DNA of 64,000 bases, taken from assembly GCA_964057225.1 (NCBI GenBank), contig OZ059899.1, positions 8,556,001 to 8,620,000 on the forward strand, in the 5' to 3' direction. Each line of letters starts with the position of its first letter. Position 1 is the stretch's first letter. The stretch comes from Auanema rhodensis (taxonomy: Eukaryota > Animalia > Nematoda). The notes below the pieces were generated by a model, which was not told the DNA's origin, did no database searches, and saw only the letters and a list, made by a program, of their open reading frames with translations. A program made the position numbers and the translations under genes. Positions 27,470 through 42,377 of this stretch are shown piece after piece.

Positions 27470-29708
27470 AAGAAATTACACTTTTAGTGCTTGTTGATCT
27501 AGATTCTATAAATGATATTTAATTAAAACTAAACTAAATCAAAAATAAAAGAATAAAAACAAAAACAAAAACAAAACAAAAATACTTTTAAGAAAAATTT
27601 AAAAGAAATTTAAATAATTATTATGAATTAAGCAAAACTTGTGCTTCATGAATTAATACATATTGCTGTGGTTAATCATATTTTTTTTAGATTTTCAAAC
27701 TTTTCAATATAACTTTGCAATGAGAAATGTGTTAGTATTGCTGTTTATTGGCTGTTATTTGCTACAGCAATGCCATTATGGAACTTAAAAAAATCATATG
27801 CTTCTAATTATTAGAAAGAACAATAGGTTTTATTTGATTTTTTTTTATTAAAAAATATTCAAAAGCTTAAACAGATATATAGATTGTAAGCAAAATATGG
27901 AAAACGCCACAGGTGGTTGTCATCGAAACAGGATAGGTTAATAGAATGCATAAAACAATTGATCTGAATGCTTTGAATAATTTAATATAATAAACCTCAA
28001 CGATCAGTAATTCTAATGGTTGTATCAGCTGCAAATTCCAAAAAAAAAAAGTTCAGTTGATAGCAAAAATGTAATGTTTTCTTATGATTTTGAATCTGCT
28101 TTCTTGGTTTCATATTTGAAAGCTCTCATGCTTTTTCATGTATAGAAGAAGGAGTGATGACGTGATGTTTATGAAAACATAGGTTATAATTAAAGAAAAA
28201 CAGTTTTTTTGAACAGCATTCAACCAAATGTTTTCCTTTAATTCTTTGATTTAGATATATTGAATATTCCGTCAAGGTAATTAGTGGCTTCTATGGTAAC
28301 ACATTTTCATTTGATAAGAATCACAATAGTTCGGATTAATTTAATATTGAGCAAGTATATAGATCTATGTTTATCTATATATAGAATATATGAATGAAAC
28401 ATTGTGTGAAAGATAGATAAATAAAGGAAACATTAGTTTATATAGTAAAAGATCTATGAGAAGGTTATTTGATTTTCTAAGATTCATCTTATTATTTGAA
28501 TAATATCAATAAAAATTTCTTTTCAAATTATTGATAGTAGAATATTTCAAAATATTTGTATAGTTTATTTAATAGAATCAAAGTAACAATTGATATACAA
28601 TGGGTGTACTTTCATATATCAAGTTTTAAGATCAGTTCATGATATCAACTACTGTAAATGTTAAGAAATTAACATTTGATCCATGATTTTTCAAATATTT
28701 TGTTTATAACTTAAGCGTATACATATATAGTTTAGTATATATGATATTATAATTGTTGCTTGGATTGAAAACAGAAGAATCAATTGAGTACATAAGATGA
28801 TAATATGAGAGAAATTGGAGTCAAATAATTAAAAAAAAATCAAAATGAAAATATTATACATTCTATATACACAGATATAAAACAAAAAATAGTTAAAACA
28901 AGATAAAGAAACATATAAAAACTATATTGATAGATAGGAATAGAAGATGTTTCTTCTTTAAAAAAAAAAGTATACATCTACATACATAACACACAGTTGA
29001 ATAGAAAATGTTCAGCTTTATAAAGTAAAAGCCGATCGCTATGACAACGAAAAAGAGAACCTAACAGACAATGAACAATAATTTCATGAGCAGATACCGC
29101 CAAGAGTATCAATACATATCTTGTTGAACTTGGCTAAAAATTAATTGTAATATTATGAAAGTTAAGTTTATAACATATATTCAGTATATAACGTATTAAA
29201 TAAAATTTTTATTATTATTACAAAAAAAAAGTTTATAGAAAGATAAGTAATGAAAATCAATTTTAATAAAGATAATCTAATGAACATAATTAAAGAAAGT
29301 TTTAAAGAAGAATGTATTTTAGATTTATATATATATATATATAGAAACATAAATTAATATATATATATAAATATATTTAAATATATCAGATATAAGTCAT
29401 AAACAGGTATATTGTAAGATATATGTACATATGAAAAGATTTAATTATATGTGGGAGGTGTGGTCTCACATACTTATTACATACATAGTTTTCAGAGCAT
29501 AAATAAAATGAGAAACAAAAAAAAATTTGTTATGTGTTTCAGAATTCAATTAGTTATAAATACATAAATATATAAAATATATACATAGATACATATGTAT
29601 GTATGTATGTATATTCCATGTTTAATGATTTTTGTAGAAACATTGAAAGATTTATGTTTTGCTTGTTTGTTGTCAATTGATTATGATTAGATAAATCCAT
29701 GAATATAT

Positions 29709-30055
29709 TTATTCATCCTTTTGAAAACATCTGAAAAAAAACAAGAAAAATAATTAATTTATTAAATAATTTTATAATTATATTAATTTTTATATGTATA
29801 TTGTACATATATTGATAGATAGATTGATAATCTAAATTGTTTGCAAATGAAACAGAATAATATATAGATATGTAATTCTATTATTATTATTATTAATATA
29901 CATTTGTATTCATTTTTATATAAAATAAAAAAAGTTAAAAAAGAATTAGAAAACCTGTACAAAACAAAAAAGAAAGAAAGAATACAGCTGACAACAAGAA
30001 TTCCTACTGATATTTCAGCTAACAAATCTAAGGTGTATTCAGCGCTTGCATCCAT
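29709..30055 (-). CDS. Putative 40-aa single-pass membrane microprotein, two coding exons (30055-29955, 29730-29709)
   Basis: MDASAEYTLDLLAEISVGILVVSCILSFFFVLY|RCFQKDE*. The CAG|GT donor and a perfect TTTTTTCAG acceptor keep the frame. A further acceptor lies 12 nt upstream of the ATG. Confidence 0.55.
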
Positions 30056-30884
30056 TGTTTCGTTCACCTGCTAATAAAATTAATTGTAATTATAAGTTTT
30101 CAATGAAAGGAAATATACTAATTTTTATGAGTTTGGAGGAAAGAATTTGCAGAAGATGAGAATTTAAAGAATCGAATATGGAGCCAACGTTTCTTCTATA
30201 AATGATTCGTGCTTCAGATGTCTCCTATTTCGATGACAGTTGACAAACAAATCCCTTTCAAAGCGTTATCTCAGCTTGACTTCTGTTTCTTTCACAAGAA
30301 TTACGGTGTGCTACTATACAATAGAACTCAAAATAAAAACGTTCAGGATTATATTTTGATTATCATCAGCATGTTTTTTGCTCTTTTGTCGTTGTCAAAT
30401 ACTTGAGAATTCAGTTTTCAATTAGTTTATTCTGTCAGTCCTCGATTCTTGCATCTTACATAGTATATCTATGAGAATATTTTGAAATTAAAAATAATTT
30501 GATTTCTTTTGAAAAAAAAAATTGTGCCCATAAACTTACTGCAGCATTTGAAAGAAAGATATATTTTTCTACGTTTTAGATGTTTGATTGTAGTAATTAG
30601 ATGAGACATATATAGTGAATAACTTAGAATTATTATAATATTATATATTAATTCTGTAGTTAAATTATTGAAGAAAAAAGAATTAATTATAAGTTTTATC
30701 ATAATAACAAAAACGTTTTTAAAAAAAATTAGGAATTTATGAATAACAAACTCTGTTCCTAAGACTAAAAGTCAAAAAAATATTTAAAACATATCACAAA
30801 AAGCACAAATTACAAGTAAAATTCTCAATGAGGTCATTGTCATAACTGAACCTGGCGTTTTGATCGATTTCAGAAAAGATAAAT

Positions 30885-33800
30885 TTAGAACATGAATAAA
30901 GAAATGATTAAAGCCAGAATAGGTTGTAAAAGAGCTGAACTTGTTGTTGTTGTTGGCTGAAAATTAAGTATTTAAAGAGAAAGTTTTTTGTAAAGTTCAT
31001 ACCGTCTGTGTTGTTGTTGGTGTTGTTGGTGTTTTTGGTGGTGTGTTTGTGCTATCAGAAGATGCAGTTACATTTTGAGATGATACTGTTGTTGATGATC
31101 CTGTGACTGGTGGAGCACTTGTGGAATTGCTAACTGTTGGAAGAGCTCCATTACCAGTTTGCTGAAAAAAAATCAAATTTTTAAATATACTCTCAATATT
31201 GAGTCAAAAATGAATAATTTCAACACTAACTGTGAATTGTGGAAGAAGTGGTTGTCTAGTCATATCAAATGGTACAGGAACATTGTAGTTATCTTCTCCA
31301 TTCAAGAAGTTGTTGAGAAGCTGAAGTGCTGGTCCTGGTCTATCAGTTGGAACCATGTGTCCTGCTCCCTGAGAACAGAATTTGCATTGTTATATATGAA
31401 TATAACCAATAGAATATTACCTTTACAGTAGCGAGATAAATATGAGTTTGAAGTTGAGCGTTACTAAATTTCTTGATGTAACCAGCAGTTTGTTGACCAT
31501 AGATCCATTGATCACGTTTCTTTGTAACCTTAAATAATACAATAAAGTTTAAATATTTCATATGTTCAATTTACATTAAATTTATTTCTCTTAGCCAGAT
31601 TCTCAATCATTCCTTGAGCTTCAAATAATCCACATGCAACATCAACATCTCCATTATAAATCATAATTCTAAAATAAAAAATATAGAATCTTAATGATTG
31701 GAAACAAACCTAAGAGGAATTCCGTAAGTGAAGATCTTTTCAAATACTGGAGTTGTATCATGATGTGTCAATGAATAATTGATATCGTCTCTATAGATAT
31801 GATATGAATGTAGATATGAAATATCTAAACGTACTTGCAGAATTGCCAATCTTGTACAAAGTCTGGAACGTTTAAGGCTGAACGGACATGTCCTTGATTG
31901 AGATAAGCTGTAGTAGCAGTCGTCATGTAGCATTGGAATCCTCCGAAAGCATCAGTAGATGAAGAATACATCTGAAGAGGGTTGACTGGAGCTGGACTAA
32001 CATTAACTTGGCTCTGAAAGTACAAAGTAAGCAATTTTCTACTGAATGAATATATTTTACCATCTGAGCAGCGAATTGATGTCTAAAGCGACGACGTGTG
32101 CTTTTTTCCTTTCTGTCAGAAGCTAAGCTGAAAACTCCGTTGCCATTATTATAGCAGTCCTGGTAGATATTGTAGATATCATATCCAGAGCTTCCAATAC
32201 GATCTTGAGCCATTGAGATAACGAGATCAGCACAATATTGTTTGTGAATAGCATCAGCATCAGAAGAAAAATTCTTGGCAGTATATGAACCTAACGAATA
32301 TTTAATAAAATTTTAAAATAAAAAGTTTATAAATACCATCTGTGTTGATGTCAACATAGTATTCATATTTGCAGCTAAGTTGATTGTTAGCAGGGGTATC
32401 ATTGGGGCAGCATAAACGAAGATTATCCCATTCTGTCTTTCCATAGATTCCGTGGTAGTACAAGTAATCAGGAAGAGTTCGAATCTGGACATAGGAAATG
32501 ATGAAGTTTAAGTTTCGAAGCGTAAGCTTACATCTTGAATAACACTAAGCATTCCATTTCCAATAGCCATACCTTGAAGATTACATTTTGTCTTTTGAGC
32601 CTAAATTGAGGTTATAAAGTAATTTCTAATTCAATTGTCAAAATATACGGTAATATCGGCCAAAATTCTTTCGGTTACGACTGGAACGTAAACTCCTCCG
32701 TATGATTCTCCAGTAATATAAAATGGATTCTTTTGGAATTGAGGATAAGTGTTGAAAAAGTCTTGAATTGCTAAAGCAACGTCAACAGCAGTCTATAAAC
32801 CATAACACAATTTTGCTTTTTAAATGACTAAATGATAATACCTTAGTGTCATCCCAAGTTGTGTCATTATTAACATTCTTATCTTGGTATGAGAATCCAA
32901 CAGAACGTGGAGATTCCAAATAGATAACAGAAGCAGCCTAAAGTCAACAGTCATAGTACGAGTTATATGATACACTAAAGAATTAAAAATAAAAACTACT
33001 CACTCTGTTCCATGAATACACATTCTCAAACAAAGTTTTGCCGTCTGGGTTGACAAGGAAAGGTCCATTTTCTCCGAGAATAGCTCCAAGAGATGAACAT
33101 CCTGGTCCACCAGTCATCCAGAGCAAGATGGGGTCAGTCATCTTGTTGCTTTGGGACTCAACGAACCAGTAGTGGAGATAGTTTCCGGGGGTGGCTTTGA
33201 GATATCCAGAATGTTGTCCGAATTGTGGTTTGAAGGTTAATCCTGGCAATGTTCCGGCCATTTCAAGATGACGGCGGGGTACTAAATATGTATTGTAAGC
33301 TGAGTTGTTACTAAAGCTAACCAACCGCTCTGGGGGGGAGCTGGAGTATAATCGGACTTCAAAGGCTGACGAGTGATCTTCATTGGCAATGGTGTGGAAT
33401 AGGAAGTTTTTTTAATAAAATTGTAGATCATTTGAAGAGCTGGTCCTGGACGATCTTGTGGAACGAAATGTCCTCCTCCCTTAAATAGATGATGTGCTCA
33501 ACCACATAAATCTTAGAAAATTCACCTTAACAGTTAATAAGTCAAATGTAGCTTGGCTGTTCTTGTAGTTAAAAGTCTTGTAATATCCACCAATACGTGG
33601 TAAATTTCCATTTTGGGTATAATTCCATTCAGAACGGCTAGTAGCTGACATTTGGTTGTTTTGGGCCAAGCTCTCAATGAACCATTCATCTCCCAAGAAT
33701 TGGCAAGCCATATCAGCATCTCCGTTATAGATCAAGAAACGAATAGGATAATTTGATTGAAGAATTTCGTTGAAAACACTGGTAGTATCATTGTGCTGTT

Positions 33801-36800
33801 GAATGTAATTTCCATTGATATCATCACTAAAGGTGAATAGATAGGTGAGCAATAACTATAGATTTCTCATTAATCTTACTTGCAATCAGTCCAATATGGA
33901 ACACCAGCTGGGATGTGAAGAGCGGTTCGAACTTCGGGGATGTTCATGTAGTTCTCACTAGCATCTCCAGAGAAGCATGAGAATCCACCATTAGAATCAG
34001 TGGATTGATAGTTAATCTTCTTCTGTAATCAATTAAAAGTTAATATTCTGAAATGTGGGTTTAGAATCATACAGCTTGGTCAACATAAAGCTTGTTGTTG
34101 AGAAGAATAGGGACATCTCTCTTAGAACGATGAGATTTAGAATTCTTAGCGAAGATATTAGAACCATCACTAGTTGTATAGCAATCTTGGAAAGTATTGT
34201 AAACATCATTACTGAAAGTTGCGAAACAAATAATTATTTTTATCGTATTCTTGAATTACTCAGTCTCCCAGACATCTAAGAATCCTTGTTTAACAACCAT
34301 ACGTCCACACTGTCCAGCAAGTGAGTTGGATGGATCCTGAATAATTAGAATGTAATAAGTAAAGATAAAACTATTCAGAATATCAAAATACCTTTGGCGT
34401 AGCATTTCCTTGACTATCCAATTGAATGTATTGCATGAAGTTACAATAAGTTTGATGAGTTACGTTTCCATCACAGCATTGAGAAAGTGCATCATAATCA
34501 CTCTTTCCGTGTTCTCCACGGAAGTAAAGAAGAGAAACGGCGGAGTTAATCTGTTGAATTGCTGAAAGCTCTCCGTTTCCGATAGCAACTCCAACAAGCT
34601 TGACGTAAGACATAGCATTAGTCTGTAAAAAATATTTTTATGAAGACAACATTGATCTGATAGCTTTACTTGAATTTGCTTAATCAAAGCATTGGTCAAA
34701 GTTGGGACGTAAACTCCACCATATGATTCTCCTAAAAGCATAGATTAAAATTGATTATTGATTATTTAGTTTGATTTTCTTACCAGTAATGTAGAAGTCA
34801 CGGTTTTGGTATTCTGGGAATTTAGCGAAGAAAGATTGAAGAGCCAAAATAGCATCGGATGTAGTCTGAAATTACCAGTAAATGAAATTTAATTCTCAAT
34901 TTAGTTATTTAAGAAGATTATTGTAAAACGCACATAAGTATCGTTATACATAGAATCACTAGAGAATTCGCTAGATCTGTAGGAGTAACCAACATCACGT
35001 GGAGATTCCAAGAATAAAACATTACCAGCCTATTGATAAAAATTGAAATAAAGAATAAATATATCTTACTCACTTTGTTCCATGAATATACGTTTTCAAA
35101 CAAGGTTGCTCCGTCTTTGTTGACGTGGAATGGACCTAACTCTTCGAGGAATCCTCCGACAGACGAGCATCCTGGGCCTCCGTTTAACCAAAGAATCAGA
35201 GGATCAGTGGATGGTGTTCCTTGAGATTCAACAAGCCAGTAATGCAAGTAGTTTCCAGCAGAAGCATTCAAATATCCAGAATATTGTTTGAATGTTGGAT
35301 TGAAAGTTAAGCCTGGAAGCTGTGGAACGAAATCAGCATTCTTATCAGCGTTTGGTGGTGGAGGGGGAGCAGGTGTAGCAGCTCGCTTTACTCTCTGAAG
35401 CGAATATACTGTAAAAGGCTTATATGTTCAAAGACAAACATTAGATTCAGTAAGTCCTAAGGATCTACGAATACTTCTTTGCTTCAAGCCAAGTCTTCCT
35501 CTTCTGCCACCAACAAACTTAGGAGTAGATGTTTGGGTGCCATTTACGATAGCAGTGAGCTAGAAAAGCAAATTTTAAGAATTAGATTATTAGACTGATA
35601 GTATACTGTTTCTTGAAGTTGGTAGTCTGGCTTGAGTGGAGTAAGGTTGGTATTGAAAGGAACTGGATTGCTCAAGTCTTGAGAACGAAGGAAGTTGGTG
35701 ATCATTTGAAGAGCTGGTCCTGGTCTGTCAGAAGGAACCAAATGTCCGGCACCCTTCAATATGCTTTTATAAACAATATTTCAGAAATTGATACTAACCT
35801 TAACAGTAACAAGATCAATAGTACCAGAACCATACTTGAATTGTTTAGCATAACCAGCAATTTGGTTAAGATATCTAAGAAAGAGAGATTATTATATATA
35901 TAATATTTATATATAAATCTCTTTAATACCTCCATTCTTTGAAGTCTTTAGATACAGACATTCCTGAGCGTTTAGCAACAGCTTCAATGAACCATTGATC
36001 TCCAATGAAGTTACAAGCCATATCAACATCTCCGTTATAGATCATCATACGAAGTGGATATCCAGTTCTTAAAAATTATATTGTTTAAAATAACTTTATA
36101 ATTTGTTTTCAACATACTGAATGATATGATCGAAAACTTTTCCAGTATCATTATGCTGTTGAATATAAATTTCGTTAAGGTGATCACTGAAAATATAGAA
36201 ATGTAATTATACAGAATGTGTTTCATAAGTCATACTTGCAAGAGCTCCAATTTCCACTATTAGGTAAAATATGAAGAGCATCACGAACATCTGGAGTATT
36301 CAGATATTGAGCAGCGGCATCACCGGCATAACATTGGAATCCTCCTTGGTTATCAGTAGAAACCATTGATACTTGAGCCTACAGAAAAAAATTATTTAAT
36401 CTATATGTATGCTATTGCTTACTCCTTGATCAACAAAGCTTGCGGCAAACAGTTTCTTCTTGTAAGCAATCTTATGAGCTAAGACCGAACGTGATCCGAA
36501 AACTTTAGTTGTTTGTTCATAGCAATCTTGATAAATATTATAAACATCATTACTGAAATACATAGAGTTTTGTATTAAAAATATAAAAATAATGATCGTA
36601 CATAGAGTTCCATACGCGTTCTTGTCCCAAAGATACAACAAGCTTTCCACATACTCCATTGTCAATTGGGGAAGCATTTCCATCGGGTCCAAGACTAAAT
36701 TGAAATGAAATATCTTGTAATCTAAAGAAAAACTAATGGATCTTACTTGATGTATCTGGAGAAATCGCAATATTCAAACCACTTAGGATCAGAGCTACCA

Positions 36801-39800
36801 GTGCTGTTGCAACATTGTTGAAGCTGATCCCATTCTCTGGAAGATAAATTTTAATTTTGAATTGAAAACTGTATTGTATACTGTTTGCCGTAAAGACCGT
36901 GGAAATAAAGAAGATGAATAGCTGAGTTAATCTGTTGAAGAGCAGAAAGCTCTCCATTACCAACAGCCATACCAACTAAATTCAATTCGGTGAAATTACC
37001 AGCCTGTAATATAATTTATTTAAACTTGAATACATTTTCAGAAAACATACTTGAATCTGATCAATCAGAAGAGAAGTAAGTGTTGGTACATAGACACCAC
37101 CGTATGATTCTCCTGTAACATAGAAAGATCTTCCGTTGTATTCTGGATATACAGTGAAAAAGTCCTTGAGGGCCAAGAAACTGTCCCAGGCAGTCTAAAC
37201 CAAATATATATAATTGATTTTTGATTTTCATTAATTTTGAATTAAAAGAAATGAAAAGAAAAGAACCTTTTCATCATTATAAATAGTATCAGGGTTGACA
37301 GTAGTATTTTGAACAGAAAATCCTACATTACGAGGACTTTCAAGGAATAAAATGTTGGCTCCCTGAATGAATTAACTTAAAATTCCATATCTAAATTGAC
37401 TATTACCTTGTTCCATGAGTACACATTTTCGAAAAGAGTCTTACCATCTGGATTAGGGTGGAAAGGACCTAATTCAGATAAGAATCCCATCAAGGATGAG
37501 CAACCTGGTCCTCCATTAAGCCAAAGAACAAGTGGGTCGGTAGTGGGGTTAGATTGGGACTCAACAAACCTAGAAATATCAAGTTATCAACATATTCTTT
37601 ATGTTTAAGAACCAATAATGGAGAGAGTTTCCTGCAACACCATTAAGATAACCAGAGTATTGCTTGAAGTTGATGTTATAGGTTAGTCCAGGGAGAGACC
37701 AAATACGATCAGCTTGCTTTCTTGTCCCTGAAATTACATTGAATATCTATGTGATTTATAAAAAAACTGTACAAGAAGGCTGAGGAGCTGGTGCGTATTG
37801 GGGAAGGAGGGGTTGGGGTGTGAGGTCAATAGAAGTTGTAGAGTTATATGTATTTCCAGATATGAAGTTGGTGATCATTTGAAGAGCTGGTCCAGGGCGG
37901 TCAAGAGGTACGAAATGTCCGGCACCCTTAAGATGAATATCTGTATGATATGAGATTAGTATAAACATACTTTAACAGTTAATAATGTTATATTAATAGT
38001 AGCTCTGTAGTTGAAAGTCTTCATGTATCCAGCTAAAACAGGTTTTCCATTGGGCTTAGTGTAAAGCCATGGAGCACGAACAGAGGAGGACATCTAAATA
38101 GCATTTGATTAAAGTGAATTAACAGTATAATGAGTTATACATGATTATTGTAAGCCAAATCTTCAATAAACCATTCATCTCCTTGGAAGTTACAAGCCAT
38201 ATCGACATCTCCGTTATAGATCAACATTTTCAATGGATAACCTATAGAATTGCTCAAATATTTTGAAAACAAACGTAAAACGTTATACCTGTGAAGAGGA
38301 TGTGAGAGAAAACTTCTGTCATATCGTGATTCTGTTGCTCATACCATTTACCATTCATGTCAAGACTGGAATTATTGGATAAATAGATATTTCAAGAGCA
38401 TTGGTCTTACTTGCAATCTTGCCAATATGCAGATTCAGGGCGAATATTGAGAGCTTTGCGAACCTCGGGAAGGTTGAGATAGTTCTCAGTTGCAGCATCC
38501 ATGTAGCAAGCAAATCCTCCAGAAGCATCAGTAGATTGAGTATTGAAGAGAGACTATAAAAATATTTATTCTTATTTTTTTTCTCCTCAATTTATATTTT
38601 TAAAAATCATTTTCAATTATGTACGGTATTCGTTAAAATATATAAAAGATAAGAAAATTAAAATAGTTCTTATCAGTTTAATTCTCTGAATCCAATCAAA
38701 AATGATGAAATTAATTGAGAAAATCTAGATAAAGCAATAATTTTGAAACGTCACTTACTCCTTGATCAACGAATGGATTTGAAGAGGAAGAAGATGCAGA
38801 AGTAGAAGCACTAATAGAGGTCTTGACTTTGCTATCAGAATAACTACGAAGAGTCTTTGATCCCAAAACACTCTTGAAGGCTCGAAGACGAGCAGTTTGC
38901 TAAAATATTTTCCTCATTGATTGTCATTTATATATTTTTTTCAAAAGCTTAATTTGCTTATATCATATGTATATATGTAAGCAAATTATATATATTATTT
39001 ACCTGTGAAACACTATTAGCTGAAGAGAAGTTATAACAATCTTGATATGAATTATAAACATCATTGCTAAATGAAAAAAAGATATTTCTTTTCTTTTTTT
39101 TTAAATCTTACTATGTATTCCATACTAAATCTTGAGCATATTTAGAAATAGTATTAGCACAATTGTTCTTTACTGGATCATTTGTATTGTTTTTGGGAAG
39201 TAAATCTCCAAATGTTCCAACACTAATGTATTTGGAGAAATCACAATACGATAATGGTGCTCCAGAATTATCTTGACAGCAAACTTGTAATTGTTGATAT
39301 TCACTGAAAATTAATGTCTGAACAGTTTTTTTAAATCTTTTTTTTATATATAATAATTTTTCACACGTTACTTCTCACTGATTATATTTGTTTATATTCT
39401 TAATTGACAATTTTAAGAGCAAAACGTTGATAATTTGATAATGAAAAGTCTTTCTCTTTGATGTTCTAATTAATATTAAATAAACACTTGATAAGTAATA
39501 AGCTTTTCGAATATTTTAAAGATCAAGCTCTCTTTGTTCATTACATTTATACATTTGGTATTGCAAACATACTCTGTGCCAAGCATTCCTCTGTAGTACA
39601 ACAGATCAATAGCAGAATTTGTCTGTTTGTATGCACTCAATTCACCATTTCCAACAGCCATACCAACCAAATTAACATTTGGAAGACTTCCATTCTATAA
39701 ATATTAGTTTTTTAAATTAAAAAAAAATACAATATATTGATATTACTTGGATCATAGAAATGAGAAGATTGGTGAGAGTTGGTACATAGACACCTCCATA

Positions 39801-42325
39801 TGATTCTCCTGCAATTTTGATAGAATTCACATAATCATCAATTTTTAGAATAGAATTGCGAAAATTCTATGTATTATTGGAAAAAAGTGAGCTTTCAGTA
39901 TTAAAGCTTATTTATAATTTTTCTATGCTTGGACATCGACGTCATTTACTTGATACCAACAACCAGAGATTGAGTAATAATTCGTCATATGCCTGGGGCT
40001 ACAGTCAAATTCTATTGGATTAGAGTTCAATTGATTTGATTAAGATAAATAAAAGTCGATGTCCAAATATATATATTACTTATATTACTTATAAAATTAT
40101 AATTGCCCTCTTTCTTTCCCTTAATTTCTCAATCAGACTAACCAGTAACGTAGAATGGTCGGTTGGAATATTCTGGAAAACGTTGGAAGAATGATTTTAT
40201 TGCCAAAGCGTTATCGGAAGCTGTCTGTAAAATTAAAATATTAATATTTATTAATGATAAAACGTTCATTTATTATGATTTATCGTTGAATCAATATAAA
40301 TTAAAATTATTCCAATGAATACCTTGTAATCATTGTAAATAGTATCGTTTCCATATTGCTTGACATCACGATAAGAATATCCTACATCCCGTGGAGCTTC
40401 AAGGAATAGCACGTTGGCAACCTAGATTTCAAGAAAATAATAAGGCAATTCATCATCTTCATTGTTTAACCTTGTTCCATGAGTTTACGTTCTCAACAAT
40501 AGTTTTTCCATCAGGTTGAACACGGAAAGGTCCAAGCTCGGTGAATAAACCGCCAAGAGAAGAACATCCAGGACCTCCATTTAACCAAAGTACCAATGGA
40601 TCCCAAGATGGATTTCTCTGTGATTCAACAAGCCTGGAATAATACAAATGTTTAAATATCTCACATGCCCATTTGCCATTGGCTCAATATCTTTGATTCG
40701 TACTTTGCAAAAAGTTCGTTACATTCCTAATCTGTTCAACATGTATATGTACATGTATTTGATAAGAGAACACACATCATAAAAAGATAGATGAAAGAGT
40801 GAAAGAGTTTGGAAAAGAATATTAACTGAGAAGTGATGCAAGAATTATAAAAGATGATTTCTAATTGTAAATTTGTCCACATTTATGAGTGAAGCGCCTA
40901 CGTATTAGTTGATTACCAGATAGATAAAGTTTTATTTTTTGTAGTTGAATTCGTAATCATCCTTAAGTTTGATTAATTAAAACTTTTGCTTTGTCATCCT
41001 TTTTTTAATTTCTGATGTCTTTATCAAATCCACGTCTTTTATAGTTGCCTACAGGACATATTCACGGTTTATAACTGTGATCTTGATCAAAGAAATGTGA
41101 TGAAAAAGTATTTTAGGCTTAACCAGTATCAAATCAGAATACGTTTATCTTCTGAAAAGGTTTGAAAGATGAGCAAAAAGGTTTGAAAGATGAGCAAAAA
41201 AAACTAAAACATATAACAAAAAAAGTTGACAAAATCTTCACTCATTAATAAAACTTTTATTTTCTGTGTACTTTTCTATTGATAAGATGCTATTATTTGA
41301 ACATATGAATAGCCATCTATGTATGTATGTAATAGAAGTTTTATTTAAAGAAAAATAATAAATTAGATATAAAATCTTATGAATAAGCTTATATTACTAA
41401 TATATATGTATATGCCTTTACGTTGTGGCTTTTCTTAGAAATTAAAACTGTTCCAGATAGGAACGATTACAAAACAGTTCACCTGGGTTATCTTTTAAAC
41501 CAATTTGATCTTAACAACGAGAGAGAAAAGAATGAAATAAGTTGATCTTTTATCATTTTTATGTACAAGAACCACGTTTAATTCGTGGGCTTAATTCAGT
41601 ACAACTCAATTAATTCCTAATTAATCATATGGTAATGGCAGTTCTCAATTAATCTAGTTCAAACACATACAGACCTCTTCTAAACATGGTGTTTGCAGTT
41701 GAAAAGATAATAACATAATCCCTTTTGCATGTTTCTGATAGAACAACATCATCAATAACATATTGATAAAAGGATTATGTTAATTAAATAAAACTTGAAA
41801 GTCTGTAGCCTAGATAATTTAAATATTTAAAATTAAAATATCAGTTTTTATAAATTTTTCAAAATAAAATTTTTGGAATGCATTTTAAAATTAGATGAAA
41901 AACTAGCAAAGTTCTTATATTCAAAGAAAGCTCTAAGTTTTATTCCGAGAAGGAAATTATTGAAACTTTATTTCATAAATTGAAATATTATTTGAAATTT
42001 TTGTTTTCTTTTTTCTAAATCTTGAAGTAATTAGATGCATAAAGCATAATAGCCTTCTAATCAGATGCAAAAGAATATTTCATTAAAGCAAGCTCAAGAT
42101 GATCGAATAATAAGGAGATTAATGTTGAAAATAGTAAAAAGTGACTAACCAGTAATGCAGATAGTTTCCAGTGGAAGCATCCAAATATCCAGAATATTGC
42201 TTGAATTTGGGATTGAATGATAATCCAGGTAAATTGTTAATTAAATCATCATTTTTATCTGCACCAACTGAGGTGGTAAGGATGGATAACGCAAAGATGA
42301 CTAGCCAAGGAGTAGACCTGGCCAT
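30885..42325 (-). CDS. Tandem four-domain serine carboxypeptidase (peptidase S10, cathepsin A-like) with signal peptide, Ser/Thr stalk and GPI-like hydrophobic C-terminus
   Basis: Four W(L/M)(N/T)GGPGCSS motifs (~40580, 37510, 35180, 33105). Four GESYGG nucleophile motifs (~39800, 37105, 34725, 32705). Four NGD(V/A)D motifs. Four G(A/G)GH motifs (~37920, 35750, 33475, 31365). N-terminus [22 protein letters not shown]; C-terminus [23 protein letters not shown]. Confidence 0.95.
41155..41196 (+). repeat. Perfect 21-bp tandem duplication in the first intron of the carboxypeptidase
   Basis: AAAAGGTTTGAAAGATGAGCA x2 (41155-41175 and 41176-41196). Confidence 0.95.
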
Positions 42326-42377
42326 GTTCACCTTCTACTTCCTCTCACCGTGACTTTAAATGGAAAACGAACCAACT

